From contig CM060734.1 of NCBI GenBank assembly GCA_030704615.1, positions 58,528,001 to 58,592,000 on the forward strand: a stretch of 64,000 bases of DNA, given 5' to 3'. Position 1 is the first letter of the stretch. Every line of letters begins with the position of its first letter. The position numbers were made by a program, and so were the translations under genes. Source of the stretch: Takakia lepidozioides (taxonomy: Eukaryota > Plantae > Bryophyta). Of the stretch, positions 51,933-64,000 are shown piece after piece. Under the pieces are notes generated by a model. That model was not told where the DNA came from. It searched no databases and was given only the letters and a program-made list of their open reading frames with translations.

Positions 51933-53337
51933 CTGAAGAACAATGAGAATAAAAGCTCACTAAAAAATTATGGTCGAAGAAACGTTAAAAGTTTAGATTC
52001 ACAAATGTGGAGAATCGACTGCTTTTAGGCTTCAGTATTACTTCGGGTTCTTCGGCGTCGAACGTTTCTGAATATTGGTTACGAGACGCAGAGTTAGCAC
52101 TGCAACATAAAGAGCACAGTGCACATGCACGGTCGGAGTCGGAGGGGAAAGACTGTCATGCAACTGTAGAGCCGTTGGCAAAGGTGAACTACAGGCGATG
52201 GGAGATAGAGAACAAAAACGAGACACAAGATATCCATGGAGAAAGAGCGTGCGTCAAATCATTTCTACAAAATACAAATGACATATTGTGCAAGCCAACA
52301 CCGAGGATTCCAATGTCCGCAAGGACCCAGGTGCCTGTTCAGTCTAACAAATCATCCGACAGCTCGAGAACCCAGCTCAAGTTGAAAGCCGAGAACCAAG
52401 AGTCGTTAACGCTGGCCGTGAGAAGAGACAGAGAATACAGCCTGACGGTGAACTACCACAAAACGTACAACATCCGAGACCGGTGGACCCACCACTAGAA
52501 GCTGCATTTAAGAAGGAAAGCTCGCAGGCGTACAAGGCGTCTTCTTCTTGTTCTCTGTCGATTCATCCCATCTCGTTGCTTTGTTTAAGCAATGTTGTAG
52601 CAGCTCAGCAACTATACATCTTCTTTGCCTTGTGGCAGGTATAAATTATGTCCACTCATACCACTGTGTTGGTGACTTTCGAGCATGTACTCGTACTAAA
52701 GTCTCACTGCACAACGTAAAATTTAGTGTGGGCTACTTACTCCAGGTAACTTTGACATTCCTCGGGGGTACCACCTATTGAATCTTCTGCATGGTGCTAT
52801 GAGCACGCCAGATGGAAGGAAGGTGAGACTCGAGAGCCAGCAGGCTAGGTAAGGTAACAGGTTGCATGCGCCACGGATTGAACGGTGCGATATCAATTCT
52901 TAGCTTACTCGTCTGCGGGTGGCGGATGGCATCACCACCTCTCTCCACAGGAACACACGAGTGTTGCGTGATTTCGCCCCAAGCGCGGATGTGGACTGCT
53001 ATTTGACGAGAGGTAAGTAGGCTAGCCAGACTCGACTGCGCTCGCAGCTTGCGCGTCGGACAGCCTCTAACTTAGCCGCTCAGGACTTAGCCGCTCAGGA
53101 TTCCACTTTCAAACACCATGCCGACAGCTATCTTTAGATGTCCACTATTTTTGTCGTTTTATACTGATCAGATATGACCAGTTTCAGCAGCTTCGACAAA
53201 CTAGCTGTAACCAGTATCGCTAACAAGCGCACCGCAATCACATCTCTTCAAAGGCCATTTAGAAATGATGGGCTGCATCTAATACACTTGCTTGTTTTCT
53301 ATATAAATTTAAATTAGTGTACATCTGTAGCATGGAA

Positions 53338-53402
53338 GTGGCTGTAGCTCAATGGAAAGCAATGAAAAGCTCTTGATCTGGGTTCAAATCCTAGCAGCCA
53401 CA
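53338..53402 (+). ncRNA. tRNA-His-like element without a normal anticodon arm, copy 1
   Basis: 7-bp acceptor stem GTGGCTG/CAGCCAC, A-box TAGCTCAATGG, T-arm CTGGG-TTCAAAT-CCTAG, upstream TATA and downstream oligo-T. Confidence 0.5.
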
Positions 53403-53432
53403 CGCATTGTTTTTTGTTTCTCAATAAGCACC

Positions 53433-53658
53433 ACCAACAGTCAGTAGCTCAGTTGGTAAAGTGCACTGAGTGCCATCCGGATGACCCTGGGGTCAAATCC
53501 TGCTACTTGACGGGTGTGGTACGCTCTTCTCCCCCTTCCCTGCGCAGTGTCGCATCAGAAAGCCTTACGGCGAGGTTACTGAGAGGTTATTTTCTCCTCT
53601 CTCTATCAAGGGGCCTGATTTGTGAGCTGTAGCTCCCAAGTGTTTCCCTTAAAACAAA
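53433..53658 (+). mobile_element. tRNA-derived SINE
   Basis: A-box TAGCTCAGTTGG, B-box GGTCAAATCC and an A-rich tail. TSD AAGCACC at 53426-53432 and 53659-53665. The second repeat copy shows the empty site near 54420. Confidence 0.85.
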
Positions 53659-54336
53659 AAGCACCGTTAGCTGACTGACCTCATTTTTTCGTTTTTTTGT
53701 TTTTTTGTTTTATTTTTTTTAGAGAACAGGGGATGGTAGCTCTGGAACTTTATTTGATAGCTAAGGAAAAACTAACCTTACAAATGCCATGAAGGCTGAG
53801 AAAGGGGGTTCCACTCCGAGCTATTCGGTTTCTACAGGACCTCTTGATCAAAATAAAGAGGCAGGGAAGAAATACCAAATAAAGTTCCGTCGTTCCGTCC
53901 CTGTTTTTTCTTTTCTTTTTTCTTTTGGTCCCTGTTTCTCCCACTCAGAGCATCCTCCCATGATAAACAACTTTTTTTTTTTGGGTGAGGAAAAGGGGAA
54001 AAGGAGAGGTAGCCATTGGGAGTTTTATTAATGATTATTGAAGGGAAAAAAATTAAAACCCTTACAAGCCCGAAGGCGGCCATGAGGCAAATACTCACGG
54101 GAGACCATGACGGATGACCCAAGGAACAAACAACTGCATGTCTATTATTAGTTCTTTTTTTTTCTTTTTTTTTCTTTTTTGATGAACAGTGGATGCGCTT
54201 CAACTGTTATTATTATTGTGAATAGTCACATCCATGGCATGCTCCTCAAAGGCCATTTTGAAATGATGGGCTGCATCAATAATACACTTGTTTGTTTTTG
54301 TATAAATTTAAATTAGTGTAAATCTTTAGCATGGAA

Positions 54337-54397
54337 GTGGCTGTATCAATGAAAAGCGAAATAGCAATTGATCTGAGTTCGAATCCCAGCAGCCACA
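54337..54397 (+). ncRNA. tRNA-His-like element, copy 2
   Basis: GTGGCTG...GATCTGAGTTCGAATCCCAGCAGCCACA. The 3' half resembles plant cytosolic tRNA-His as recalled from memory. Confidence 0.45.
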
Positions 54398-54640
54398 TGC
54401 ATCAGTTTTTGTTTCTCAATAACCACTGTTAGCTGACTAACCTCCTTTCATTTTTTTCATTTTTCGGTTTCTAAGAGGACCTCTTGATCAAATTAACCCT
54501 TAACGTCCTACATGGTTAGCTTTTTGACACCTAAGAATTACTGTCCATGCCCACTAAAATGAGACTAAGTACCTATCAAACAGGTGCGCACCTGGGATCT
54601 GCATGTTCACCAAAAATGAATTTTGTTTCACAGTGAAATA

Positions 54641-55205
54641 CCGTCCCTTCCCAACCATTTAGGCATTTTTGCGACTAATAATATGCTTAGGCAAACCTTC
54701 TCTTCACATTACGCATCTTCATGCTATAAGTTTTTTGAATTAGGCACACGAAAGAGATAGATTGATTTTATTGATTGTAAATATAAATAAATAAAAACCC
54801 AATGCCCATGGTCCTTTTGTCCCCTGCCAATAGGCCCAGCTCAATTCTCCTCCAAGCTTGCACCTATCCGGCCCCGCCTGATAAGTCCTTACTCCGTTAG
54901 GTTTTTCAATTTTGTACCTTCACCTTATGGGTGTGCAGCAGTCCACGAGCAAACAAATGGATTGGGATTTGTAGGAAGTTGTTTCCGCGCGCATATATTT
55001 GTATTGATTTTTGTTCAATGAAATTTTCATCTTATTACAAACAACATGAGAAGAGGCTTGAAAGTTTTTTGCTGGAATCTTTAGGAATTAGGCACTTTGG
55101 TCCCATAGTTTCCGAGCAATTAGGCCAAAATTTGAAAAATTCCGAAAACGCGTTAGGCACTTTCATTTTGAATTAATTATCGCCTAAATAGTTGGTAAGG
55201 GACGG
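54641..55205. mobile_element. Tc1/mariner-superfamily MITE
   Basis: 24-bp TIRs CCGTCCCTTCCCAACCATTTAGGC (2 mismatches), TA on both sides and repeated internal TTAGGCA motifs. Confidence 0.88.
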
Positions 55206-56449
55206 TATGGGAGATTATATGTTATTAGAGAGGATGGATTTTTTTGCTTTTGTTTTTGAAAACATGGGTTTTCTTAGCCTTGACCAACTAATTTGAGAGG
55301 TTTTTAGATTTTTGTGGAGTGTTTATTCCACACATTCCTAATTTGTGGTAGGAATGCCATGTCCATGCAGAAAATGAGGGGCAAAGCCTGGTTTAGCATG
55401 GGGGTGCTTGGTATGTGTTCCTTGGCAGGGGGTCTTCAAAACTACCTTCCTTACAAAGATCCAAAAAATGGGATGTGGCCTCCCACAAGAGGCTATGAAA
55501 TGTTACTCAAATTCCTAATCTCTTTGATGAGGGAGTGATTCCCTTCACACCTACACCTTGGTCCAAATTGTGCCCACTCCAATGGTAGAAATTGTTGAAG
55601 TGCTGTCCAATCAGCGATGGCCACGTAGCAATCAACTACGCTTGGCCCCCTCTATACAAGAGCATTTCTGACCCACTAGTTTTTGGAAATTTGAGGACGT
55701 GGCAGACTTTCTCCAAATGGTATGCTTCCAATTGGATAAACCAGCCCCAGGGGACTTAAATCAACGGAAAATTTTAAATTTTAAAAATTGAATTTTGAAA
55801 AATATTCCGCGAATGTGCTCTATTGTTGATTTCTTCTTTTCTTTTGTTTCTTCACACATTCAAAGTAAATGCTTAAGCACTTCTGAATATTAATTATGTT
55901 AAAACCACCAAACATAAATCAATGGTTTAGTTTTCGAAACCCTCATAATTGGTTTTATGATGAGTAAGTTTAGAATTATAAATATATTACGATCATATGG
56001 TGGTAATAGTTAATGAAAATATCAAAATTCTTAATATTGGATTTCAATCTTTTGTCGATATTTAAAGAAATTATAGCTCTTAGTTACATCAGCTCCTGAG
56101 GCTTCAGCTGTAGCCAGAGTCTTTTTCATCTTTATATTAAAACCAGTTTCATTAATTGATTAGATATTTTTTTAATAATATTTTTAATTAAAAATTATGT
56201 GAAGTGTATTTTTTAAAAGATGTGTTGTATTTTTATTTAAAATTTAAAATAAAAGACACATTGAACTATATAAGAAAGAAGAAAATAATAATAATAATTG
56301 TCAAAACACACTTTAAGGTGTCACTTCACATTTCATTTTGAAGTTAAACAGTTTTTAACAGTCGTAACCAAGGCAATATGGGAGGGTTAAATAACCGTGT
56401 GTTCCAATGTCCCTTTTTTCTCAACAAAGCTTTAAGGAGCTGACGCTGC

Positions 56450-57920
56450 CTGAATCTGGCAAAAGTATTGTCAAATTGCACGCTTGCATTAAGTTCTTAC
56501 ATTTTGGACATCCTTCGTAATCAGTGATGCCCAAATTAAACAAACACTTTGATCTCAATATGGAAAGTTCATGGGCAACCAAAGACATCAAAGACATGAC
56601 TAGTTTTGGCCTTTGTTATATCATAAGAAACGCACATTATGCCTTACCTAGCCCCCTCGAGTTATAAACATGTGGTTGCATCTTCTTCTCCACTGTAAGC
56701 ACCCTATAATCCATGGACTCCACATAACGTCCCAACATAACTAAAGGGTTTGGCAGCTTCAAAAGCTTCTTATGCCGCACCCTATGGTCTAAATCCAGAT
56801 CGTTTAACTTATGAATGCAGACACATTCCAAAGTAGACTACCAGATCACCATATGATTTTTCCATGACTCATACCATGCACATGCATTGAATACCCACAT
56901 GTCTCTGTCTAGCACAACTATGTCATGTACTTTTGCTAGTACATGGACTCCATATCTTGTCGCCATTGCCAGCAGGACCATTCCCTTCTCTCACCATCCA
57001 TATCATAGAACTTACATTCTGCCATGATAGATATCCCTACCAACCGATATGTATAAACGTAAAAATGCGGGTTCAAAATGTACACGTTAGTGAAGCATGG
57101 TAATGAAGCATGGCATAAAAATATGGGATGTTGCATGTTCGATTTCGAAGTATATTCATAATTTCCTTGAAAACAAGGGGCATATGGTATGCATGGACAA
57201 TTCTTCACTTCTCTGTGCCTCTTCCATGTAATCTACTTGAAAAGGACATTATGGACTGTGGTACAACTCGCACTCATCGCAAGGGCTTCCCTCCATCACT
57301 TGCTAGACTTTCCAGATGCAAGAAATGCAAGGGGGGCATTGCACTTCAAGGTCCAGCGTAGCAAGAGTATGTATGTTGTAATTTGTTGGACTCATAGCAA
57401 AGAAGTTTTTTGTTATTTACTGTACTTTCAGATCCTACTGCAAATGTTTGCTACATTGAGAGGTAGGTGGACCGTGCACTTGTCTTGGCTACAAGCTCTC
57501 ATGTGCACTCCATGTACCAACAATACATGAGGGGAGTGGATGTGGCAAATCAATTACGAGGAAAAGCGTGCAATCTTGCTCCCATAAGTGGTACTGGCAC
57601 CGTCTTTTGTTCTTTGCACTTGATACATCCCTTGTGGATGCTTATTTGTTGTACAAATTGCACTGGGTCGAGGAGAATAGGCGGCAGCCCATGGATCACT
57701 TAGATTTCAACATGGTATTGGCGGATGCTTTGACACGATGGTGGAGGTAAGGGGCTGTTGTCCCCCAACATGTGAATGATGTCCATCAGCCTGAGAGAGT
57801 GACGATACATCGTTAGTGTGTGGTTTGTAGGAAGAGGATACGACAGGCTTGTGCGGCGTGTAGTGCACATGTGTGCTCTGGTTTCTGCTTTGTTACCTTC
57901 CATTCCAATCTACCATGTAT
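56450..57920 (+). mobile_element. Degenerate piggyBac-like transposase
   Basis: GHMVCMDN(F)FTS, CGTTRTHRKGFP, YQQYMRGVDVANQLR, KWYWHRLLFFALDTSLVDAYLLYK and the C-terminal Cys-rich CVVCRK...CAAC...VC..FCFVTFH. Many frameshifts; left boundary approximate. Confidence 0.85.
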
Positions 57921-58496
57921 AGATTGACTCTCGACCTTATTTCTTTTAATGTAAATTTTGTAATGGGGTCACTGTAGTCATCAGAGAATCTTTATGTTCT
58001 TTATAATTGTGCAATCTATGTGCAATACAATTAATATGTATTGGTATTTTATTGTCATTTTATGGGGTTGATAGCATAGCCATTTTGAATTGAAACTTTG
58101 CATGCCATGTTGACAACAGAAAGAGGGTGTCAATGAGTAAGAGTATCTGGATGGCAATATATTCAAATCTATGTTTACAGCTTATAGTCTATATCTGCTT
58201 AGAAGGTCAAAAGAGGAAATCTAATCAAGCTGGAGTAATTTTATACTACTATAACCCGTGAGTTTACTCAGGTACATAGATATCTATTTATCTTCCTAAC
58301 GATCCATCATGGGTGCCGGATTGCATACATAATTTCAGCATTATCAAATCTACATTTATTTGATTAGATGAGTTAAGATTCTTTGGTCACATAAACATTA
58401 AAATACATGGCACGGGTTTATCATTGGCCAAATACATTTTTTTCTCATCTCTAATACTTTTGCTGGTTTTCTGGTTTTCAGGTTACAAGGATTTTC

Positions 58497-59845
58497 TACA
58501 ATATTGTGGAAGCTGCCATTGATATGAGTTTTTACACACTCCAATTTTCAGTTTTACAAACTTTAGTTTCAGTTTTCAGCAAGATTTTCAGCTAGTCTGT
58601 GGTGAGTCCAAATACCTGAAGCAACTGTCTCAATTGTAGACGTTGCACATGACAAATCCCTGGATGCATGATTGATTACAATATGTAGATGTCAGCGACC
58701 TTTCAAGGAAACCCTCATGCGCTTCATGGGCCCAAACAACCACGTCTCAACAATAGTAACCCAGAGGCTTCAAGCCTCCCGCGCATTAAGCCTACATGCA
58801 ACACAATTCACGTGAACACACAGCCTTCAAATCCTCCAGCCTTAATCTGCCAAAAAGGTTGGTTGCGGCAGAAACAATTCAGACGTTTCATTTAATTTTT
58901 CAGCTACTATTCAATTCTCTTTCAGTTTTACAGACTTCAGTTTTCAGTTCTACAAACTTCATTGATCCAAGCATATAGTTTACTATTACCATTATTATGG
59001 CACCATAGTTGGCACCAATCCTAGCAGATCGCGTCCGGGGAACAATTTGTCAACGCTCAATCAAGATTGTCTATTGATGTACAGGAGAATCGCGACTCCT
59101 GTTTTCCCATCACTTTTTGTTAACCAGTATCTCAGATCACCTCGGAGCATTTCTAGGGAGTCCGAAACTCTAACCTCCACGACAAAGGATGGCCAGTCAT
59201 ATCGGAATTCATGAAAAGAAAGCTTCTAAGCGACGTCGGGTTCTTTGGATCTCTCTTCCCGATTCCGAATCTGACTGATCCAAGTGGTTTTATTGAACTT
59301 CATGTAGGATCACTCAAACGCAAAACCTCCTCGAATATATACTTAAACTTCTCTGTCGCGCACTCATGCACTACACCACACATCAACTTAACGATTAAAG
59401 TCTCGTTTACCTTGTCATAAAGAAAAACCATCTGAGGTAGGCTAGAGTGTTCCTCTCGCGGAGGCCATCAATCTGCTCAGAAACCCCTGGAGAAACACCA
59501 ATAAACGCCAAGTATGGACAGCCTTGGTCCTCAATCAAACGATCTATCATAGTCTTGCAATTCCCTTTGAAAGAAGCCACACTTGATAAATTCACTGTAA
59601 GTACAATGGGTATCTATCCAGCACTTCTTCGTTCTCAAACTCCAAGGTTGGAGTTGGATCCTTTGAAGTATGATCATAGGACACAAACTCAGCATCCCAA
59701 TCTCCACCACTATCTAACGTCATCTTGAAGAACAACTCGAATCCGACGACCTAATCCATAAATCAAATCAAACTACAATATTGTGGAAGCTGCCATTGAT
59801 ATGAGTTTGACTTCAGTTTCAGTTTTCAGCAAGATTTTCAGCCAG
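58497..59845. repeat. Imperfect direct repeats, probably TE-derived
   Basis: ctacaatattgtggaagctgccattgatatgagttt...ttcagttttcagcaagattttcagc at about 58497-58592 and 59774-59843, with a partial copy near 58895-58960. Confidence 0.65.
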
Positions 59846-61244
59846 TTATTTAGACATCTCAGGATCAACTATATGCAGCTCCCACATCTACCTGAGCTCC
59901 CAAGGAACGAGTATGACTTAGCAGGGATATTATTCCCTGTGCAGCACGGAAAACTTCCCGTGTCAAGGAAAGTCTATCGGAAGATATATAGGGAGAAGCC
60001 TAAGGTGGCAGCGAGGTTTCTGCCAGGTTTGGCATTTTACCTTTGCCACTATTTTGTCCGCTCCACAAGGAAAACACTGGTGATCAGGCCTTGGGGCATG
60101 TACGGGTTTTAATTTTTTTCAATAATTTTAATAAAGCTCTAAAGGGCTACCTCCCCCTTTCTTTTTAAAAAAAAAACAATAGTAAAATTCTTATTTGATT
60201 TCATTAGAATTTGGTTTGTTGGCTCCTCTTTATTCTCAAGAAGAGACTACGCATAGTGTCAAAATCGCTAAGCCCCTCTTGTGCCTTCCCCGGGTGTCAC
60301 CTCCTCTCCTTTGTTGAAAGCCACTTGATGAAGGGCCTCCAGATAACACCTCCCTCAGGTACCATCTCTCTTACTGAACAATTTACGAAAAATAAATGGA
60401 TGAATTTTCAAGTTTATTATGGATGAAAGTTGATTCCTATATTCACAAAGAGGAGCCATATGTGACTAGTTTAAAGGCCCTGGAGACAATGAATGAAAAT
60501 GAAAATTACGAAAAAACAGCTTCATAAGGGCCTCTGTCCCCTTTTATTAAAATGAAAAAGAGATGAGATGTGATGGAGCTCCGCGTTTCGCGGAGTGAGG
60601 GAGAGTGCTGCAACCACCTTCCTCCGACGCCTTCCAAGCTTCTCGCTCAACTTGCAAACCTAAGTCCTACAGCGCCATCCAATCATTCTCTCATTATCAT
60701 CGGTACCCTTCAGGCTCTCCCCTGTACCCTAGTTATCAAAAAGATCTATCATGATCCATCACCCCTCGCAATGTAACGATTGCAAACCTCGCTTCAGCTG
60801 CTTACCCGACGAACTTTAACCATTTCATCCTTCAAACAGACAAGATAGCCAGCATTGCGGGGGTTCTCCATAACCCCCCTTAATGCTCAACCGCCTTCAC
60901 TCTGATACATCCCCCAAATATCCTCGGCAATCTATCCACATCCAATCACCTTCAGACTCCTGCCACCAAATTAAGAGCTCCGCCAACCCCTGGAGGCAGT
61001 CACCATGCAGCCGTCACGATCACTAAATTCTCCCCCATGTTGCCCAACTCGATGCTATCACTGCTCCTCAGCTGATCAGCTCCGAGGCTCTCGCTAACAG
61101 CCATCGCTCCTTTCCAAGCTTCCTAATCTAGCTCTGCTGCCCACCCTCGTAGCTCTTTCTCCTTACTGCCGCTTCAATTTCCCCATCAGTTCTCGCTCCC
61201 TCCCCGCCCTGTCTTTCCGAAGTCCTGCAGTCCACATATCATCT

Positions 61245-63732
61245 GTGGCTCCCCAACTCAACAATTCCTTCAAATCCGCTCTAGCAAGGCCAGGTCGCTC
61301 CTCTTACGTTGAGGAAATTTCACCCCTCTACAGGCACAGGGTACTTCATGGCTCACCAGTCCCAGTCATTGGGCCTCATCCCTCCTGGGCTCCCCCAGGC
61401 CCACCATCCTCCAATTTCAAACTGGCGTCACGCGACATCTAAACCAGCGCCACCCTGCGATAGCAACGAAGAAGGCTCCAGCCCAAGCGTTTCTCCACAG
61501 ACGGCCAGAGATACTGAGCTCCTGGATGGACCTCTAAATGCTACAGCTACCCTGAGAGACTTGCTTGCCAAAGAGCAGCCCATTATGGCAGTCGAGCTGA
61601 ATCACATCAAATTCAATGTCAAACATTATGAAAACAATGGAATCTTGCTGCACTTCCCGGGCAAGAAAGTGAGCAGATCTCATGCTCGAGAATGGACCTT
61701 AAGGCACTTAGGGGGATCTGGAGACCTATTGCATCATTTCTGCCAGCCCAGAGGATGCGGCTTCTTCTCAGTTCTCATGGACTCTAAAGAAGCGGTGGAG
61801 AAAGCGTTGTCATTTAATCCTAATCTGCAAGGTTTCAACGTCAACATATTTCGATGGTCTAAAAGCATGGGCAACATAAATGGTAAGATCTGGAGCCCGC
61901 GTACTATATCTCTACCTTACATCCCGGATCAATACTTATCTTGCCTACCAACGATAGGAAACTTCTTTGGAGCATTTTTGGGGTGTCTGGCAGTTTTTGA
62001 TCCAAACATGAACACAGCTTCATTGAGGGAAGACCCAGCATGGAGGAAGGCCACTATCGCTTCAAGGCCAAATGACAATGGTTTTCCTAAGATTGTAGTG
62101 ATGATGCCAGCGGATAAGATCCTACCAGATTTTATCAGGCTGCCAATGGACAATCAAGGAAATTACTTTTCGGTCAGCACAGCCTTTTAAAAATAGTCCT
62201 CCACCAGCATTTTATGTCCAAGCTAGAACTGGCCAAGATCCAAATTACCAGGCTTGAGACTTTGATGTCAGGCAAATCTCTAACTCCTCCCCTACCAAGA
62301 GAAGGAAAGCGCTACAGGATCCGATGCTAATTGAGGCAAACATTGCCCCCTGCTTTAGGCTTCCATTCACCAACGGGTCTTCAGCAAAACTTCCAGACGA
62401 CTCAGGCACCAAAGGCAACTCAGGCTCGTCATCTTCTAACATCCTCTTGCAGCACGCCCCACCATCTGCTCCTTTGCCAACGTCAAGTCTGATCTCTTGG
62501 GAAATGGAAATGGCAGAATTACACGGCAAGCATGTCACCGCGGGCAACATTCTTCAGGGATTGCCAAGCTAGCAGGCCCCTCAGCAGGTCCCTCGGCAGT
62601 TGTTACGCCACTCACCAATAGTGCACAACCCGCTCACGGCAAGCACCTGTGCAAGGCTATGCTCCTTTCCACTACTGCCCCTCAAAGGCTGCTCCCAGCT
62701 GGCCTTAAGAAGTCATCCCGCCATCTAGAACCCGGTGGCTACCTGCCTCACGCCATTGATCTTTCGCAAACATCCACACCCGGCATTCTTGGTGACAGGC
62801 AAAGACAACATGAACTTCAACTCCATATGGATCTCAGTACGGGATGTTCAATCCTTTTCATCTCCAAGAGCCCTATGGACAACAGCCCAATTCCTACTTT
62901 ATGCAACAAGATTAATGACTACTTCCACGCTAACCTCCCATTATACTCTCTCCCATCCACGTCGGCTGTCATCTGGGGAGCATACTCCGAGGCTTTTCCA
63001 GGCCTTTGTGATGACCTCACCCCTAACACTCACATTCTGGCTATCATGGATGAAGACTCGCTTCTGGCTTCCACCAGTACAACTCTGCCAGGAGTTTGGG
63101 CTCAGGAAGATCACTACCAAGGCCCATATACTCAAAGCAAATCCCTGATCAGATCCAATGACACCTTACAGAATGCCTTCATAGTTTTGCATGCCATCTC
63201 CGAAGCAGGAAAAGAGGGAAAGAAGGGAGCAAGGAAGAAGCATTGCCCAGCAGGCCTCATCAATCACTCCTTCGACCCCTTTGGAGAAATTTCAAACCCC
63301 AGCTCCTCGGAACTGCAAGTCTCGCAATTACAAACCCAACAAGCGCCGCATTTGTCCCAGCGTCATAGCGATCTTGCAGGTCACAACACTCTTCTACCTT
63401 CCCCAACACTTGCTCCGGCGGCATCCCTCCAGCTCTCTGTGAGTCCCCTATCCCCCTCTTGGTCCATTCCTATTTTGTTCTTCCATGACAATCCCAAACT
63501 CAGTAGCAAATGCAAAATCCTATGCCTCCGTCCAATCCTTTCTCTCCCATCCTCTTGGAAAATCCTACCCTCCATAACCTACCCACCCTCGCAAGATGAC
63601 TTTGCTCGAATACTAGGTCCTAGCAACCTACCTCTCCAGTCTCTTGTGTCCATTAAGACATTGTCGTGCGCGTACGTATCGCTACACAACTACATCGTTG
63701 TCCAAACCACACCACACATATATGCACAATAA
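61245..63732 (+). mobile_element. LINE ORF1-like (DUF4283-type) remnant followed by low-complexity ORFs
   Basis: ORF 61309-62190 has REW, RGCGFFSVLMDSKEAVEKAL, IFRWS and ISLPYIP...IGNFFGAFLG, as in plant L1 ORF1. No ORF2 seen in the window. Confidence 0.65.
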
Positions 63733-64000
63733 AGTAGTCTGCCACAATCGATTGAAAACTGAAAACACACTGTTGACACAAGAAACATGAAAACCAACAG
63801 CATCACTCATCACTCTTTAAAATAGAAGTCGAGCCAGGGGCACCCCAAGCTATGGGGACTCCACCCCACAACAACCTATCCTCCCTTCATAAGCACACTC
63901 AGCTTCTAAAGCGTGAAGGAGCTCGGTCGCGCAGGCTCAACTCGAGAGAGATGAGCTGCGCGACTGACACTCTCGTGAAGATAAGACGGTTCAGGTGTCA

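Larger units (their letters stand above)
53244..54450 (+). repeat. Two direct repeats (about 53244-53690 and 54242-54450), each carrying a tRNA-His-like element
   Basis: Shared sequence caaaggccattt...tataaatttaaattagtgta...GTGGCTG...CAGCCACA...ttttgtttctcaataa...gttagctgact. Confidence 0.85.

Noticed and set aside
53070-53100. 15-bp tandem duplication acttagccgctcagg
   Set aside because: Only two copies; a simple slippage event, not an array.
53338-53512. Functional tRNA genes
   Set aside because: The first has no proper anticodon arm. The second is the head of a SINE with a tail and TSD.

Overview
Gene-dense nuclear DNA from a land plant, probably a non-seed lineage (inferred from the PG-box-type PLS-DYW genes, short introns and a piggyBac remnant). 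The main result concerns three paralogous PLS-class PPR-DYW editing-factor genes. The ORF track shows only their last exons. Upstream exons joined at canonical, phase-compatible splice sites encode a transit-peptide-like leader and one or two PDF motifs (LWxxFFxxPxxWWDNRxxK-KxPxSPDFRHKxTxEVLWI). This is the ssDNA-binding module of OSB organellar single-stranded DNA-binding proteins, here fused in frame to the PPR-E-DYW deaminase. The window also holds a ~5.4-kb tandem duplication with an internal inversion, captured filler DNA and a hAT MITE with an excision footprint. Other genes are an intronless F-box-like gene, two His-rich ORFs, ubiquitin-L40, an amino acid permease, an At4g37920-like gene, a metallophosphoesterase and a decaying histidine-phosphatase gene. 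The right end is repeat-rich, with LINE fragments, a SINE, tRNA-His-like repeats, a Tc1/mariner MITE and piggyBac. All gene models were built by hand and have no expression support.
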